Source: Asterias rubens (taxonomy: Eukaryota). Taken from it: 64,000 bases of DNA. Shown piece by piece: positions 1 to 13,319 of the stretch. The notes below the pieces were generated by a model. The model was not told where the DNA came from and did not search any database. It saw only the letters and a program-made list of their open reading frames with translations. Numbering within the stretch: the stretch's first letter is position 1; each line of letters begins with the position of its first letter. Location: NCBI RefSeq assembly GCF_902459465.1, contig NC_047076.1:248001-312000 (forward strand). The letters run 5' to 3'. The translations under genes and the position numbers were made by a program.

Positions 1-2
1 AG

Positions 3-1857
3 GTGAAGAAAGCTGGCAAGGCAAGATTCATTGGAATCACTGGCTATCCCATGGAGATTTATAGAAAGGTTTTGGAAAGATCTTCAGTTCACATTGACAC
101 TGCCCTGAGTTATTGTCACCTTACTATGCTTGATACATCGTTACTGAAGCTACTGCCATATTTAAAGGTAAGACATCTTGGTATGCAGGTTTAAGATATA
201 AAATAGCAACAAAGAAGCATTGGATGAAAGGATTTTATTTTCAAACATTTAGAAAGGTTACATGTTTTAGTAAAACATCAATTAGATTTTGGACCGTTGG
301 AACCCTCAAAACTCGCTTTGTAAACTTTGTCCAGGTTTGACCACTTGAATTTATTGAAGTTTGAGCAAAGACGTGGTTGTGAGAAGTTGCTTGTAATGAT
401 AACAATAAAGCAACAAATTAAAGAAAACTCTGTTTGGTATTTCTTCAAGTAGACTTATCTTAAAGCCATTGGACCCTTTCGGTACAGAAAAAAATGAATG
501 TTCACAGATTTACAAATAACTTGCAGGGTTTACAGAAGGTAGTGGTGAAAGACTTGTCTTGAAATACTATTCCATGAAATGCTTTACTATTTGAGAAAAC
601 AGTAAAACAATATCAATTCTCGATATTGAGAATTACAGGTTTATTTTAAACACATGTTATGACACCGCGAAACGAGAGGATACATGTACAAGGGTGGGTT
701 TTCCCGTTATTTTCTCCCGACTCTGATGACCGATTGAGCCTAAATTTTCACAGGTTTGTTATTTTACATAGAAGTAGTGATACACGAACTGTGGGCCTTG
801 GAAAATACTGTTCACCGAAAGGGTCCAATAGCTTTAAGGCTATGCATGGTGGAAAATACTAAGTATTTTGAGCAGAAACCAACTCTTCTCTGAGCCACCA
901 CTACTCACATAAGAGATTTTGAAGTGGCATCACCGCAAACCTTGACTTATCTTGTGCCTAATACTTGAATGTTTTTTCTCTTGGTTTCCAGGAGAAGAAT
1001 GTTGGGATAATCAATGCAGCTCCTATTGGCATGGGATTACTTACCAACAGAGGGCCTCCATCATGGCATCCAGCTTCTACGGACATCAGAAACGCTTGCC
1101 AGAATGCTGCCCTCTATTGCCAGTCTAAAGATATTAATATATCTAGATTGGCTGTGCATTATTCTCTGTCTCAGAATGCAGCAGATATTACAATGATAGG
1201 CATGGATTCAGTAGACATTATTGATGTGAATTTGCAACTCCTTAATGAATCATTGACAGAGGCTGAGCAAGAGACTATGGATTATGTCATTGATAGGTGA
1301 GAACTTGTTTCAATTCTTAAATATACATCTAGTTTTTTCCAAAATGCTGCAACTCCTTAAAAACACTTCACAATGTACGACGTGTTAAAAGACCAATATT
1401 TCTTGACTGGCATATGGCAGGCATTTCTTAGTGCCCATTTGTACTTCTTAGTGCCCTCCATTTTTAAAGTCAGTTGGACGGCTGACTTGCATATCCACCC
1501 TGACATTCAACAGTCATAGGCATGCACCTACCATGCTACGCTTTGTTTTACCCATTCAAAGAGGGACAGAAGGTACCCCAAATCATACGTGCAGTCCCTT
1601 TTTCTGGGGTTATCCCCCCATTCCCCGCCCCCCACCCAAAAACAAAAACAACGACGACAAAAACCTACAAAAAAACCTTAATAATAAATGACTAAAAGAA
1701 TAAATTCATTAGTAAAAGTAACATAATTAACCATAATACAAAATATTGATCTCCATTTGTTGACAGGTTCTTTAACCCTTTGGAAACGCATCACTGGGAA
1801 GGAATTGAGTTGAAGAAATACTGGGGGAATTTAAAGGAGCTAGAGAAGGCAAGTTAA
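3..1857 (+). CDS. Aldo-keto reductase, L-galactose dehydrogenase-like / D-arabinose dehydrogenase-like; 3' part only (last 3 exons)
   Basis: Exons 3-167 (ag|GTG...AAG|gtaaga), 992-1296 and 1767-1857 (TAA) join in phase 0 then phase 2. Peptide: VKKAGKARFIGITGYP...HIDTALSYCHLTMLDTSL...GIINAAPIGMGLLTNRGPPSWHPA...RLAVHYSLSQ...TMIGMDS...HHWEGIE. The IGITGY, LSYCH, GIINA-P-MGLLT and PPxWHPA motifs match my recollection of the galactose-dehydrogenase-like AKR subfamily. Confidence 0.88.
464..833. mobile_element. Kolobok-like non-autonomous DNA transposon (MITE), family A copy 1
   Basis: TIRs AGCCATTGGACCCTTTCGG...CCGAAAGGGTCCAATAGCT with TTAA on both sides (460-463, 834-837). AG termini plus TTAA duplication are Kolobok features. 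Confidence 0.8.
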
Positions 1858-2556
1858 GTTTACATGACCCTTTGGAGAACATAGCGACTGCAAGTGACTT
1901 GTACCAAAATGCCATGAGAAGCTGCAATATATGCAGGCGTGCAAGCGGATGCTACTAATATATGCAGGCGTTCAAGGGGGTGCTAATAAAATATAGTAGG
2001 CTTGCAAGTGGGTGCTAATTCGCATGTAAGCAATGCATACTGTTTTTACTGTGATCGTTATACTCAAGTATGGTGTTTATGAATGGGATTTATGAGTAGT
2101 GATGACTCTGTTTTAAATTGCCCTTGCAGTGGAAAGGACCTTGCATATCGCTCAGTTCTTAAATCACACAGCCACAATTCCCTGCTGGTTTTCAACAGCC
2201 CTTGCAGGGTCCTTTCAGCTGTGTGATGAAGGACTTTGCCTATGACTCAGTACTATATTACAGTCACAACCCTGCTGGTTTTAAATGGCGGTTAAAGACC
2301 TAGAAGTGGCTACTCATACTCTCTGATGAGTAATTGCTAAATGATCTTCATAATAATAATAATAATAATAATAATAGCCATTCGTAATGCGCCAAATCAA
2401 TCTTAAGAGATGTTCAAGGGGCAGACTTGACTTTGCAGTGAAGACTATTTTTGTAAGATTTCATATGTAATGATTACCTGATTGGTTTAGGAGACCATGC
2501 TGTATTAACTCAAGATGTTGCACTTTTAAGAGATAACAATACATGTACATGTACTT

Positions 2557-2724
2557 ATAAGGTTTATCACGAAAAGCAAAATATCAAGAGAGGGCGCTGT
2601 TGAACCTGCACAAAGATGTAGGCCATGCGTGCGCACGTTGTGCATGACAATAATTGTGATAGCAAATGCCCCGCCTGCCTACCCATTATAACGCATTTCG
2701 GTTCTGAATCGTGATAAACCTTAT
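2557..2724. mobile_element. Small MITE with 16-bp perfect TIRs
   Basis: ATAAGGTTTATCACGA at 2557-2572 and its exact reverse complement TCGTGATAAACCTTAT at 2709-2724. Confidence 0.65.
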
Positions 2725-4069
2725 TGCTTTGATTTATTAATGATTTATCAGAAAATTACTTTGCAAATAAATTATTTGTAACATTAAAGTGAAGTATTGT
2801 GTGTGAAGGGCTTAGCCAAGTTTCAGCATTCTTGAGCATGTCTTTGGGGTTCTATTGGTTTAGTTTGTAACAGAGTAAACGTTTTCAAAGTGCAAGGTTG
2901 GAAGAACCCAAGACTTGCAGTCTTTCGTGTTTAGAAAGATGATAAATTAGTTGAAACAACACATAGTTTCTCAAAATAAGAAGTGCTGTTCTGTACTTTT
3001 CATCGCTGATACTTACTAATAATCATGGTGTTATTTCTATTGTGTTGAAAATTCGGCACATAGTTTTTCAAATCAAGGCAAACACAGGAGATGAGTTTAG
3101 TTTGATAATGCAACCATTTTATTTACACATTGCGCACACATGACTTACTCACAGGAATGATTGTCTTGTCTATGGAATGTAAGCTTTTGGGGGTTTATTA
3201 AGTTTACATGATTGTTGATTGATATCTTTTACCAAATAAAAATTGACAACTTTAATTGAATTCAATGATCGTTTAATGTAAAGTGCATTGGTACGTTTTT
3301 TTGTAATGTGCTGTACAAAATTTGTTATAATTAAAGTATTATTATTTATGGTCTTTATACCGAAGGTCAAAAGAATTATAAGCTTACTTAATTTAATTTA
3401 ACAAAACAAATCATACCAAAGTGTACTTGTCAATATTATTTCAGGAACTGCAAATTTAGCATAAATTTGTTTAGCTGTTAAAGGATGTTCTGTTATATTT
3501 AAATTGTTGTATAACGGCAGTTATTCTGAATCACAAAAAATTAAGTTTTTAAAATATCTCATGATATTTTTCCCATTTAAATTGTTTGCTTTGAATAGTG
3601 GAGGACAAATAAAATCTTATTGTATGTAATTGGTGCAGGTTCATTTATAGGTATATGAAGAATTGCAGAATTTTATTTTATAAAAACATAAATTCAATAA
3701 AGAAATAATTTAATCTCACTGAAAGAAAATATATTTTGAAAATAATACTCGGCAATCAATCAACATTCCTTCAATTTTATTAACCTAAAAAGAACATCAG
3801 TTATTTGTTAAACCAATTATGTGACAAAACCCTGTATAAATTTTAATGAAATCAATATTTAATGTATTTTCATGGTTTGCTGAATAATTAAACCATTTTC
3901 AATATTATAAAACAATAAGATGCCTTACATTGCACAAGTTATTTCAAGAGGTTTTTTATTATTACCATGGTAATGGGAGTTCACTTTATGGCTGGAGCGG
4001 ATCAGAAGATCACATTACACAAGAACCTGCAGTAAACATATCACTGCAACTAGGGACAAGTTTGATTAA

Positions 4070-4126
4070 CGACCATTAGTCAACAATGCGACCATTAGTC
4101 AACAATACGACCATTAGTCAACAATG
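4070..4126. repeat. 19-bp tandem repeat, 3 copies
   Basis: CGACCATTAGTCAACAATG x3 with one substitution. Confidence 0.85.
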
Positions 4127-4402
4127 GTAACCTATGCATAAATACATCCTGTGGGTACCAGGCAAAGATCGCTTAATGTTCGACAATAGTCAACTGGTCT
4201 CTTGATCAGACTTGCTTTATAAATCAAAACGGTAAGCAATCAGGGCCTTTCTGCGAATTCAGCTGAAAACAATTAGGACTTGTCCTTCAGCGTGGTTTCA
4301 GAGAAGCACTTAGCAGTGATTTCAAGCTTAGCGGAATGTTACCAGACAAACCTTGAGACAAAGAACTAAAGAAATAGAGTTACACAACTCGCTGAACTAA
4401 TG

Positions 4403-7116
4403 TCAAGATACATCTAGTTCATCATCATCACGTAAGCTTGGTATACTATTTCTGTATGTCCTACTCTCTCCGTTTCCATGACTACCCATCCTTTGCTCCT
4501 CTGAAGCACGTCCGTGGTTTGTGTTCCCAGAATACATAGATTCTTGACCACTCATATGTCTACTCATCTGACCACCCATCTGGCTGCCCATCTGGCTACC
4601 CATCTGGCTACCCATCTGACCACTCATCTGACCACTCATCTGTCTACCCATATTGTTATGCACTGTTGTGGCAGACATCTGTGTTCTGATGGCCAATTGT
4701 CTTGCAACCTCTTCTTGAAACTGTCTTGCTCTTTTCTCCCTCTCCGTCTCACTCTGAATGTTCTCTCGATTCTCTGCATCCTTCCTCCATTTATCATCCA
4801 AGGTGTCTTCAATTTGATCAAAGAGAACGGTGTGTGGAGAACGGTTTCTTCTTCGAAAACGCTGGAAAAGTGAGAAGAAAAAGAATGGTAAGACTTGATG
4901 ACTTAATGTGACCAACAAAAGGACGTGAAACAGGATTCATACAACAGGTAATGCATATTGGGGCCTGTAAAACAGTGAAGTCTATAGTTAAAATTACAGG
5001 AAAATATGCAGTCAATGTTTTAGCACAAATACCACACGAGTTTACATAAAACAAACAATCAATAATTGGTTTAAATGCAATGTAAATTTAGATGAAAGAT
5101 CTACTGTGTATCTTTGTGTTTGATTACTTACTGTGAATTCACCGGAGACTGTTGGCCACTTTAAGTTTGGCATAATAAGCTCAGGCTGATAGTGGGGTTT
5201 GGGTGATATTGCTTGACGTCCAATCTGATGTCCCATGGATCTATCTGATCTTGGTTGAGGAAGACCAACGACTAAAGGAAGAGAATCAAGGAGTAATTGT
5301 CAATAATAACCAATGTACAGAGACAGGTGATATTTGAAGCTTAGCATGGTGTGAACCATAAGAATAAACAACATGTATAAATAATACTAAACTTGCGCTG
5401 AAAAGAGTCAGTTTGGGCTCAATGTATAAATAATACGTAACTTGCGCTGAAAAGAGTCAGTTTGGACTCAATGTTTCCAACAGTAAACAGTATATTTTAT
5501 TGCATTTATGGCTTTCCATTGTTTTCCAACCTTGGTTTGCAAAGTCTCAGGCTGTGTGACGTTGCAATACAAAGTAAGGAAAGCCTAATTAATACTCACT
5601 TATGTTCCTGTTATCTGACTTGAACTTGATGTTGTATGGATCATGGTCGGATGCTGTCACAAATTCAGGTAGACCTAATGGACCGAGTGGAGGATACTGC
5701 AAAAATAAAAACAACATCAATATTTACTAGATGTTAAATGAATATTGAGACTATTTTATGGCTGGCATAACGACTTAAAAAAAAAACATTTGAAAGAGGT
5801 GTGGTGTATGCATCAAGGTAGCCCACCTGGATGGGCTTTTATGGCTCTCTTTCATGAACTGACTGGTCGCTTGCAAGAAACAAGTTGATAATTAATGTGT
5901 CCATATGATCAATTTATCACTTTAATAATTGGTGCATGAAAGGGTTAACATTGGTCTTATAATAGTCACAGGCATGCAACTGTAACTTCACCAAAAAAAA
6001 AGAGGAAATTACAAAATTTAAATGATTTTGTATAGTATTTTTCAATTTTGAATGGTAAAACTGAGATTAAAAATAGAGGAAATCGGCTGATTCGAAGGAA
6101 AAGTTGCATGACTGTAGTCATCATTGGGGACTACGAAAAGAAAGATGTTTAAAGCAAGCCCAACAAGGTGGGCTAGAATCAAAAGTTACTTACCCCTCTG
6201 AAGTCATGCTTCCTCGGCATCTTATACTGGTCTTTGGTGTTCATTCCTTCTTTGACAAATTGTACCCTAGCCTCATGGGGGTCAAGTGTCTTGAATCTTG
6301 TTACTATCTTGCTACTTTGAGGTCTCTCGGGCTGAAGGATCTTGGGCAGCTGAAGAGACTTTATCCCGGATGGTTTAGCAGAAGCCTTCTTTTGCCCTTC
6401 ATTAAAAAAATTCACATTTAAAAAAGTTATTTGGTTTGTTATAAGAAAGAGGGTGAGTAGACAGGATTTTATGTTTTGGAAAATATTAATATCCTTTCTA
6501 CTCGGGAACTATGGAAAGTACTGAGTATACAGTGCTAACACATATCAGTGTGGTGTACATGTACTCCTATAACTGCGAGGTTTGTTCTGCTATCGTCACC
6601 ACAAAGCTCATAGGTTAATATAACATCAGTCTCTTAAAAATATCCGCCCTACACGTTTTCTGGATTTACAGATCTTTTATGAAATCAGATTATGAACCTT
6701 ATAGTTTTAGGAGCAGGTTTGGGTTACAACCGAATAATCTTCTTTATCCCTGATGCATCTAAATCCTTTTTATTGAGTTTATTTTAAAGTAAAGCAAAAA
6801 CCAAAATACCTGGAAAGGTTCCATATTTCCAAGGCTGCATACTCTCTCTTGAATTGCGTTTGGGCGGCTTCGGTAGGTATTGTTGGGGACGGAAGTCTGG
6901 TGGGGGGCGTGTCCAGATGTCATCTTCCTTGGGTGGCTTACGAATGACATAACTATCACTCCGTGTTAGCACTAGGTCTTGTCCAGCATTGAAGCGACCC
7001 TGTGTTGCAAACGTGAACTCTCGTACATTTAAGCTTTGCGTTGCAGAAGGCTGGCGTTGGTTGTGGTTTGAGGAATGAACGTCTGCAGAGTTTCTCATGG
7101 TCACCATTGTAGCCAT
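4403..7116 (-). CDS. C7orf78: C7orf78-like uncharacterised protein, 401 aa, 5 coding exons, with low-complexity QMSG/QMGS C-terminal extension
   Basis: Exons 7116-6810, 6396-6194, 5696-5600, 5271-5132 and 4861-4403 have canonical AG/GT junctions, phases 1/0/1/0, total 1206 nt. Motifs DIWTRPPPDF, IVTRFKTLDPHEARVQFVKEG...PRKHDFR, GLPEFVT...DPYNIKFKS, LIMPNLKWP and RFRRRNRSPHTVLFDQIE resemble C7orf78 homologues as I recall them. Not database-checked. Confidence 0.75.
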
Positions 7117-7857
7117 TGAGTTCAAAACTGAAAAATAATCATCAAGTTAAAGATTTAATATAACAATATTGGGATACCTGAGAGGTTTACATAACATCTT
7201 GTCACTGATACCTTATAACTTTACATCCTGTCATTGAAAAAGTGTAGTTAGTAAAGTGGTTTCACTTGCTTATTCAACCTTACCAAAGTTGCACAAACAA
7301 CATATAAAATCTGCATTAATTATGGTTAAAAAAGAAATCATAAACAAAATAATGTAGTCAACAATAACGAAAGCTGTTAGGGCATCACTGTTAATGTATT
7401 GTTACTATGTAATCCATTACTACTACTACTTACATAGCCTATAGCCACGATGGCTTTGCTTCAATTCCAGTCAGTACGTCTGACCTATTTGACATTTTCA
7501 TGAATATAGCGACGGGGTTTAGTTACAACATCAATGCTTTGGGGTGATATTGATCGCATTATGTGAGGTATAAAGTGACGCCTGTTTCTGGCTACTGTTT
7601 GTTTGTATGCAATCACTTTTGGGAACTTAAAGGAAACAGATATGAGTGCACTTGGTGCTAATTGTAAATAAAAAGAAACCATCATAATTTCTGAACGTAG
7701 TACAGAATTTAGCCCTGGTAGGACGTCAGTTAGTACCACTGCACTCAGTCCAACCATAGAGCAATGGTCCAACCTGGGGGAGATACAGAATTAGAATCGT
7801 AACTACACAACAAACATGATTGACAATAAATAACATCTTTTTGTTTTAATAACTCAC

Positions 7858-8781
7858 CTTTTATACATGTAGTAACAACTCGTTTCTTGTCAATAAATTG
7901 TCATTCTTGCGTCTCAAAAAATTAGGTTTTTAACATCGATACTGTTATTATTAGTCAGGATTTTATATGGTTTATCGTTCAGCACATGCACCCACACACA
8001 TAACGGGACCGGCCCAACAAGTGTATACAGGTTACCGTTGGTATAGCAACTTAGACTATTCCAAAAATTATTAGGGGTGTTGTAACTTGTTAAGTTTGAT
8101 TATTTATTTAAATTGTAACTATTTTACCACTCAAAAGTATTTGTTGTATACATTTATTACCATAAAATATGGTTAAGTTGTTTTAATTTATCTTTAGTAC
8201 AAATTACACGAATTTCAACAGTTTATGATTTTACAGGTTCCCCAAATTCGTCTATCGAGCATTCTTTTAGAATTTAGCAGGCGGATCAATTATTTCGACC
8301 ACCGACAAGTTTTCACGGGATGGTTATAGCGCCCTCTTGCGGCTAGAAAGCACACATTCCCAATCTTGCAAGGGATGCATGCGCTTCTAAGATTATGGAA
8401 ATTCTGATGTCACTTTGGGATTTAATGTCATAATTTGTCGATGTGACTGTGAGTGAGATCATGGTGGTGGACATAATCATATTATCACATCACATGGAGT
8501 AACAAAAGTGAAGATGCGAAGTGCCTGGCAGAAGTGATAGCTCTTTCCGTTCGTCCGTCCTCCATCATTTCACATCATGATGTCATGTCAACACGAATGA
8601 CTTAACAGTTTTTAACCGACCGACGATGTAAGATCGCACACTGGCTTTGCTGCTCTGAGTTGTAGACAATTATTTTGTAGAGGAAACCTCGGAGAATAAC
8701 GAACTACTACGCCTGAATAAATCAACAGAAGTATCATTACTTCATCCGTGATTAAGCAGACAACAGTTTGACGTTCTTTAG
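7858..8781. promoter_or_regulatory. Putative head-to-head promoter region between the C7orf78-like gene and ABCB1, with non-coding first exons
   Basis: Minus-strand donor AAG|GTGAGT at 7858 and plus-strand donor TAG|GTACGT at 8781 face away from each other. The interval 8280-8930 is visibly richer in CpG than its flanks. A CTCF-like motif lies at 8328-8342. TSS positions were not determined. Confidence 0.4.
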
Positions 8782-10141
8782 GTACGTATGCGTGTTTTGG
8801 GTTGTCCGGCTGGAAGGGTCGCACTTTCTCTTTTTAGTATTGGAGTTCACGGGGGTCCGCGACGCGATACACGGTGCGTGGGCCGGGCAGTCGAGGGTGG
8901 ATCCACAGCACTAGGTAGCAGCCGACATTGTATGATTGCATCTGTGGTAAATGTAATTGTTATTATTATTATTTTTTTTTCATAAAAGATAAAGCAAGGA
9001 ACCGTCTGTTTATTACTTGCAAGACGGGCATTTTAAATTAAAAACAATTTATTATAATTTGCCACATCTTGTAAGAAATGTGTCATGGAGAAAGGATATG
9101 ATACTCTATCAGACAATACATGTAAGTCAGAACATAGTTTGAAGTGTTGTGTATAACAGCAAAATTACCCGCACTGTTATTGTATAAGAATCATAAACAT
9201 TATTTAAAAAAAGATAAACTATCAAGTTTCATTTGCAACAAACGTTGAGCTTATAAAGTACATTGCCAATACAGCGCAGAAGCACAGTGGCAACATAATT
9301 ATGATCAAACACAATTAAAAAATGGTTAAAACCATGTTCCCAACATCATAGAAAGAACTCATCTACTAAGTTAATTAATCAGGGTATTTTTCATTTGTTG
9401 TCTTTCAAGACCTATATCAGGTAATTGTCTGTATTGCCTCAGACCTGTGCAATGTTAACCAATGAGTTTCCAAAGTAATTGTGAATTGCTATAATAAAGT
9501 ACATGTTTTCTTTTTGCAAATAGTTAAATTAATCCGCCAAAGAAAGTTGAATTTAAGTGCCAACTTTCAAATCATATCTTAAATTTATTTATCCCCCTCT
9601 ATGCTCAAATAAAGAGTAGTTTTGTTTGTAAGTGAAAAAGTAAAAGTTGAAAGCATTGTGTCCCACCCCCCCCCCCCCCCCAATATGTTGATGTTGTGTA
9701 ATACTTTTAAAGTGACCTTCCTAATAAATAGGCATAGGCTTGCTTTTAAACGATTGACCCATATTCTATGGTCTGACCATGGTGGTAGTTTCTATGGTCT
9801 GATGAGCTGACCAGTGGGACAAAGCATCTCTAATGGTGGTCAGTTCATTAGTATATAGACATTAGACATCTCACAATCTGGTGACATTGTGTTGTTGTGT
9901 AACACCCAAGCGTGACTAGTGGTCAGTCTAATTCAGATGTTTATTCTGAAACAATGTCCAACCATGCCTCAATATTGTCTGTGTTTTGGGGAATAATTTA
10001 GGTGTTTTTTTCTTCAAAACGATCAACATATAAAAGGGTGGCTGATGCAACAATAACTTTCAATAGGCCATTGCTTTTACATTTTATTTGAAAACAACTT
10101 GTAGACTGGCTCCCCTTCTATGACTTGAATTCATCCATCTA

Positions 10142-10412
10142 CCCAGGTCAAAATTCCAGTTGAACCTAGTTAAACTGGGTTTAACTGGAACTAGTTGAAA
10201 CCAGTTGATAAACTAGTTAAATACAGTTAAAACCAGTTGGTTTAATATGGAAAATGGACAGAGACCAACTGGTTTATAATGTCAACCTAGTTGAACACAG
10301 TTAAACCTAGTCCAAACCAGTTGGTTAATATGGAAAATGGACGAGTTTGATCACTATCCAGTTTAACCAGTTGACCCCAGTTAACTAGGTTCAACTGGAA
10401 TTTTTACCTGGG
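10142..10412. mobile_element. CCC...GGG-terminated MITE (CACTA/EnSpm-like), copy 1
   Basis: TIRs of about 35 bp (CCCAGGTCAAAATTCCAGTTGAACCTAGTTAA), flanked by TA on both sides. The interior has many ACTAGTT/CCAGTT/AACTGG motifs. Near-identical copies at 28643-28913 and 32150-32415. Confidence 0.8.
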
Positions 10413-10626
10413 TATGGAGCTACACAAAGCTCACTGATCCCCTGATCATCCTGGGTTGAATTCATTGTTAATTCACCCCTACCTCCATGATTCACCCATG
10501 GAGGAAGGAGGAACCTATTGTAAGAATATGTCTTATCACCCTGCAGCAGTGGAGGCATGGCACAACGGAAAGGAAACTCAATTGATGCTATAATTATGGA
10601 AAGGAAACTCAATTGATTTGTGTATG

Positions 10627-11030
10627 TAGTGAAAGTTTAAGGTAACTGAATGCAGGTGAAAGTTTAGGCATGGTTTAAGGTAACAGAATTTAGGTGAGCG
10701 TTTAAGGTAACAGAATGTAGGTAAAAGTGTAAGCATGGTTTAAGGTAACAGAATGTAGGTGAAAGTTTAAGGTAACAGAATGTAGGTGAAAGTTTCAGGT
10801 AACAGAATGTAGGTGAAAGTTTAAGGTAACAGAATGTAGGTGAAAGTTTAAGCATGGTTTAAGGTAACAGAATGTAGGTGAAAGTTTAAGGTAACAATGT
10901 AGATGAAAGTTTAAGGTAACAGAATGTAGGTGAAAGTGTAAGGTAACAGAATGTAGGTGAAAGTTTAAAGTAACAAAATGTAGGTGAAAGTTTAATGTAA
11001 CAGAATTTAGGTGAAAGTAAACACTATGAA
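10627..11030. repeat. 27-bp minisatellite (AAGGTAACAGAATGTAGGTGAAAGTTT), about 13 copies
   Basis: Direct tandem periodicity with occasional AAGCATGGTTT inserts. It explains the repetitive minus-strand ORFs at 10664-11037. Confidence 0.9.
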
Positions 11031-13174
11031 AGTACATTGTTTATCAATGAGGAATGTACAGGGCGTCTGGACATACAATATTGTACAAAACAGAATTATA
11101 TAATGCAGTAATTTTGTGAAGGGTTTTAAACCAAACTGAACAAAAAACAACTTTGTGATAATGTATGGGATATTTTTCTTCTGGAATAATGTTAAGATTT
11201 TGAAGTTTTAAATATTGAAGGAAAATTATTTAAAAAGTTTTCTTAACTACCCAAGACGCCTTACATAGGCTGTACCAGTTTGGCAGGGGGAAATTGTTAT
11301 TAGGTTTTATTGATACAATTATTAAACTTTATTGTAACATTTAATGGTTGTGTGTTTTTTGCTGGTCATTTTGGGGGGTTGGGCGTCTAAAAAATAATGA
11401 CATTGTTCAAACTGAAAAAATACCAGCATAGCAATCGACCAATTTCTATAGTCATCCATCGAACAGCAAAGCATCTCCAATATTGTTAGATAACAATTAA
11501 CTTCTAACTTAGAAGTTATTATCTAACAGGTTGAGATGATTTTCTGATTGATGGTTTGTCTGTTTAGGGAAGACTATAGGCCTACTGTACAGTGTGTTTC
11601 CAGTGGTGTGTTGTATGTCATTGTTATGTTGACAGGAAACTGTGCTGTTGTTATGTAATCTATAGGGATCATTGTGTCTAGTATTGAACCATCCCAGTCA
11701 CAGTCAAATGGCATAAATAGACCATCATGTTACCTACAGTCACAGTCAATGGGCATGTTACCTGCAGTTACAATACACTGACAATGCACACTGTCATCCG
11801 TTTGAGAAATTTTATATCTTGTATTTACAAAGTCACATAAAAACAAAATTTGTAAAAACAACAACTGAAGTTTTGAAATCAAAAGTTGAATGATTGGACA
11901 ATCTTCACAAGTTTGGCTAATGCAGGCCCGTTATGCTAATGCAGTATTGTTTTACTAAAAAACATCTAAAAGTATCAAAACATCTATAGATAAAAATCAT
12001 ACTCTATGTCTCTTCTTCTTCAATGATCTCCTTACAATGCAAACATTTCAATTGCTTTAATGGTCTACACATTTACAATAATTTTATACTTGAGTTGAGC
12101 TCCAAACATAAAACAAAAATGTTTCCTGTTTTGTACTGCTTTGTACTTCCTCCATTGGTAAAGCAGGGAAGGATATATTAAGTTTGCACAAAATAGTTAC
12201 TAATAAACTAAAAGTCAACATGCTGCAGTATGAGTTGAAATTGCTATAATTAACAAACACGCACACACCCCTATGAGGTTGGCCTGTATGATAACAATAA
12301 ACTGATGGGCCATATCAAATATTGGATGGCTTCATAATATAATCCAGACACTAGAGAACAAAGTAATGCCTCAAATGAGCCTGATATTTAAGCAAATAAA
12401 AAGTTGTTTTCAATGGTTTTTGGTTATTTTGTCTACTTTCTTTTCGTTTGTTAATATAATATTGAGCATTTAAAAATATTTATAAGAACCTAATTTCAAT
12501 TTAAAGTTATTTCTTTTGACCCACCCACCCACAATAATTTTATTTTAAACGTTGACTATTCTGAAAGTCTGCTATAGACTGGCCAGTCTCGTTCGTTGGG
12601 ACCTGTTTAAGTGTGTCTCAAAGTAATATAGGTGGGACCAATGTTGTCCCCGGCAAAAATGGTCAATTATGTCTTGTAAGATAAAAAATGTCCCTTTTCT
12701 TTATCAGTGGTTTCTAAGCAATAGTCTACTGGTCAAATTTACTGGTTTAATTAACAGCATGCAACTCATTGGAGTTTTACTTTCCCTTAACCTGTGTGAT
12801 AAAAAAGCACTGTACATTCAGCTCTATCCATGTCTTGTTTCATTCCATGCTGATCGTCACACAAGACGAAATTAATATTTAACCCTGATGCAATACTTAA
12901 ATGTCAAGCATCAGTGTTGTAGCTAGACCAATTTTAGCGTTGGGCTCTAAATCCAATTTAGTCCACCAAAATAATTGATTACATATGGGGCCATCAATGC
13001 TGTTGTTTGAATTCTCGGGGAAGTCTGTGCAAATCTCACTCAGCCCTCTCATTCAAGTGTATTTGCTGAGAGTGATGACCCTGGCACTGCCCACCTTGGC
13101 TACAACACTGTCGTCAAGCTTAGATCGTACATGTTATATCTGATGAATATTGAGTGATTTGACTCTGTATGGTG

Positions 13175-13280
13175 GTGGATATTACAATAATGAAGATTTC
13201 GTGGATATTACAATAATGAAGATTTCGTGGATATTACAATAATGAAGATTTCGTGGATATTACAATAATGAAGATTTCGT
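13175..13280. repeat. 26-bp tandem repeat, 4 copies
   Basis: GTGGATATTACAATAATGAAGATTTC starts at 13175, 13201, 13227 and 13253. Confidence 0.9.
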
Positions 13281-13319
13281 TTGCTTCAAGGGTCTACAAA
13301 GGGATTAAATCTTCTCCCA

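Noticed and set aside
4514-4873. Plus-strand 119-aa ORF with THLTTHLAAHL repeats
   Set aside because: Antisense shadow of the 12-bp repeat in the C7orf78-like last exon.
7434-7773. Minus-strand 95-aa ORF / possible extra exon of the C7orf78-like gene
   Set aside because: It has acceptor- and donor-like ends but no recognisable protein similarity. At most a UTR exon, and not supportable as CDS.
10664-11037. Repetitive ORFs (LKLSPTFCY..., HLHSVTLNF...)
   Set aside because: Translations of a 27-bp minisatellite.
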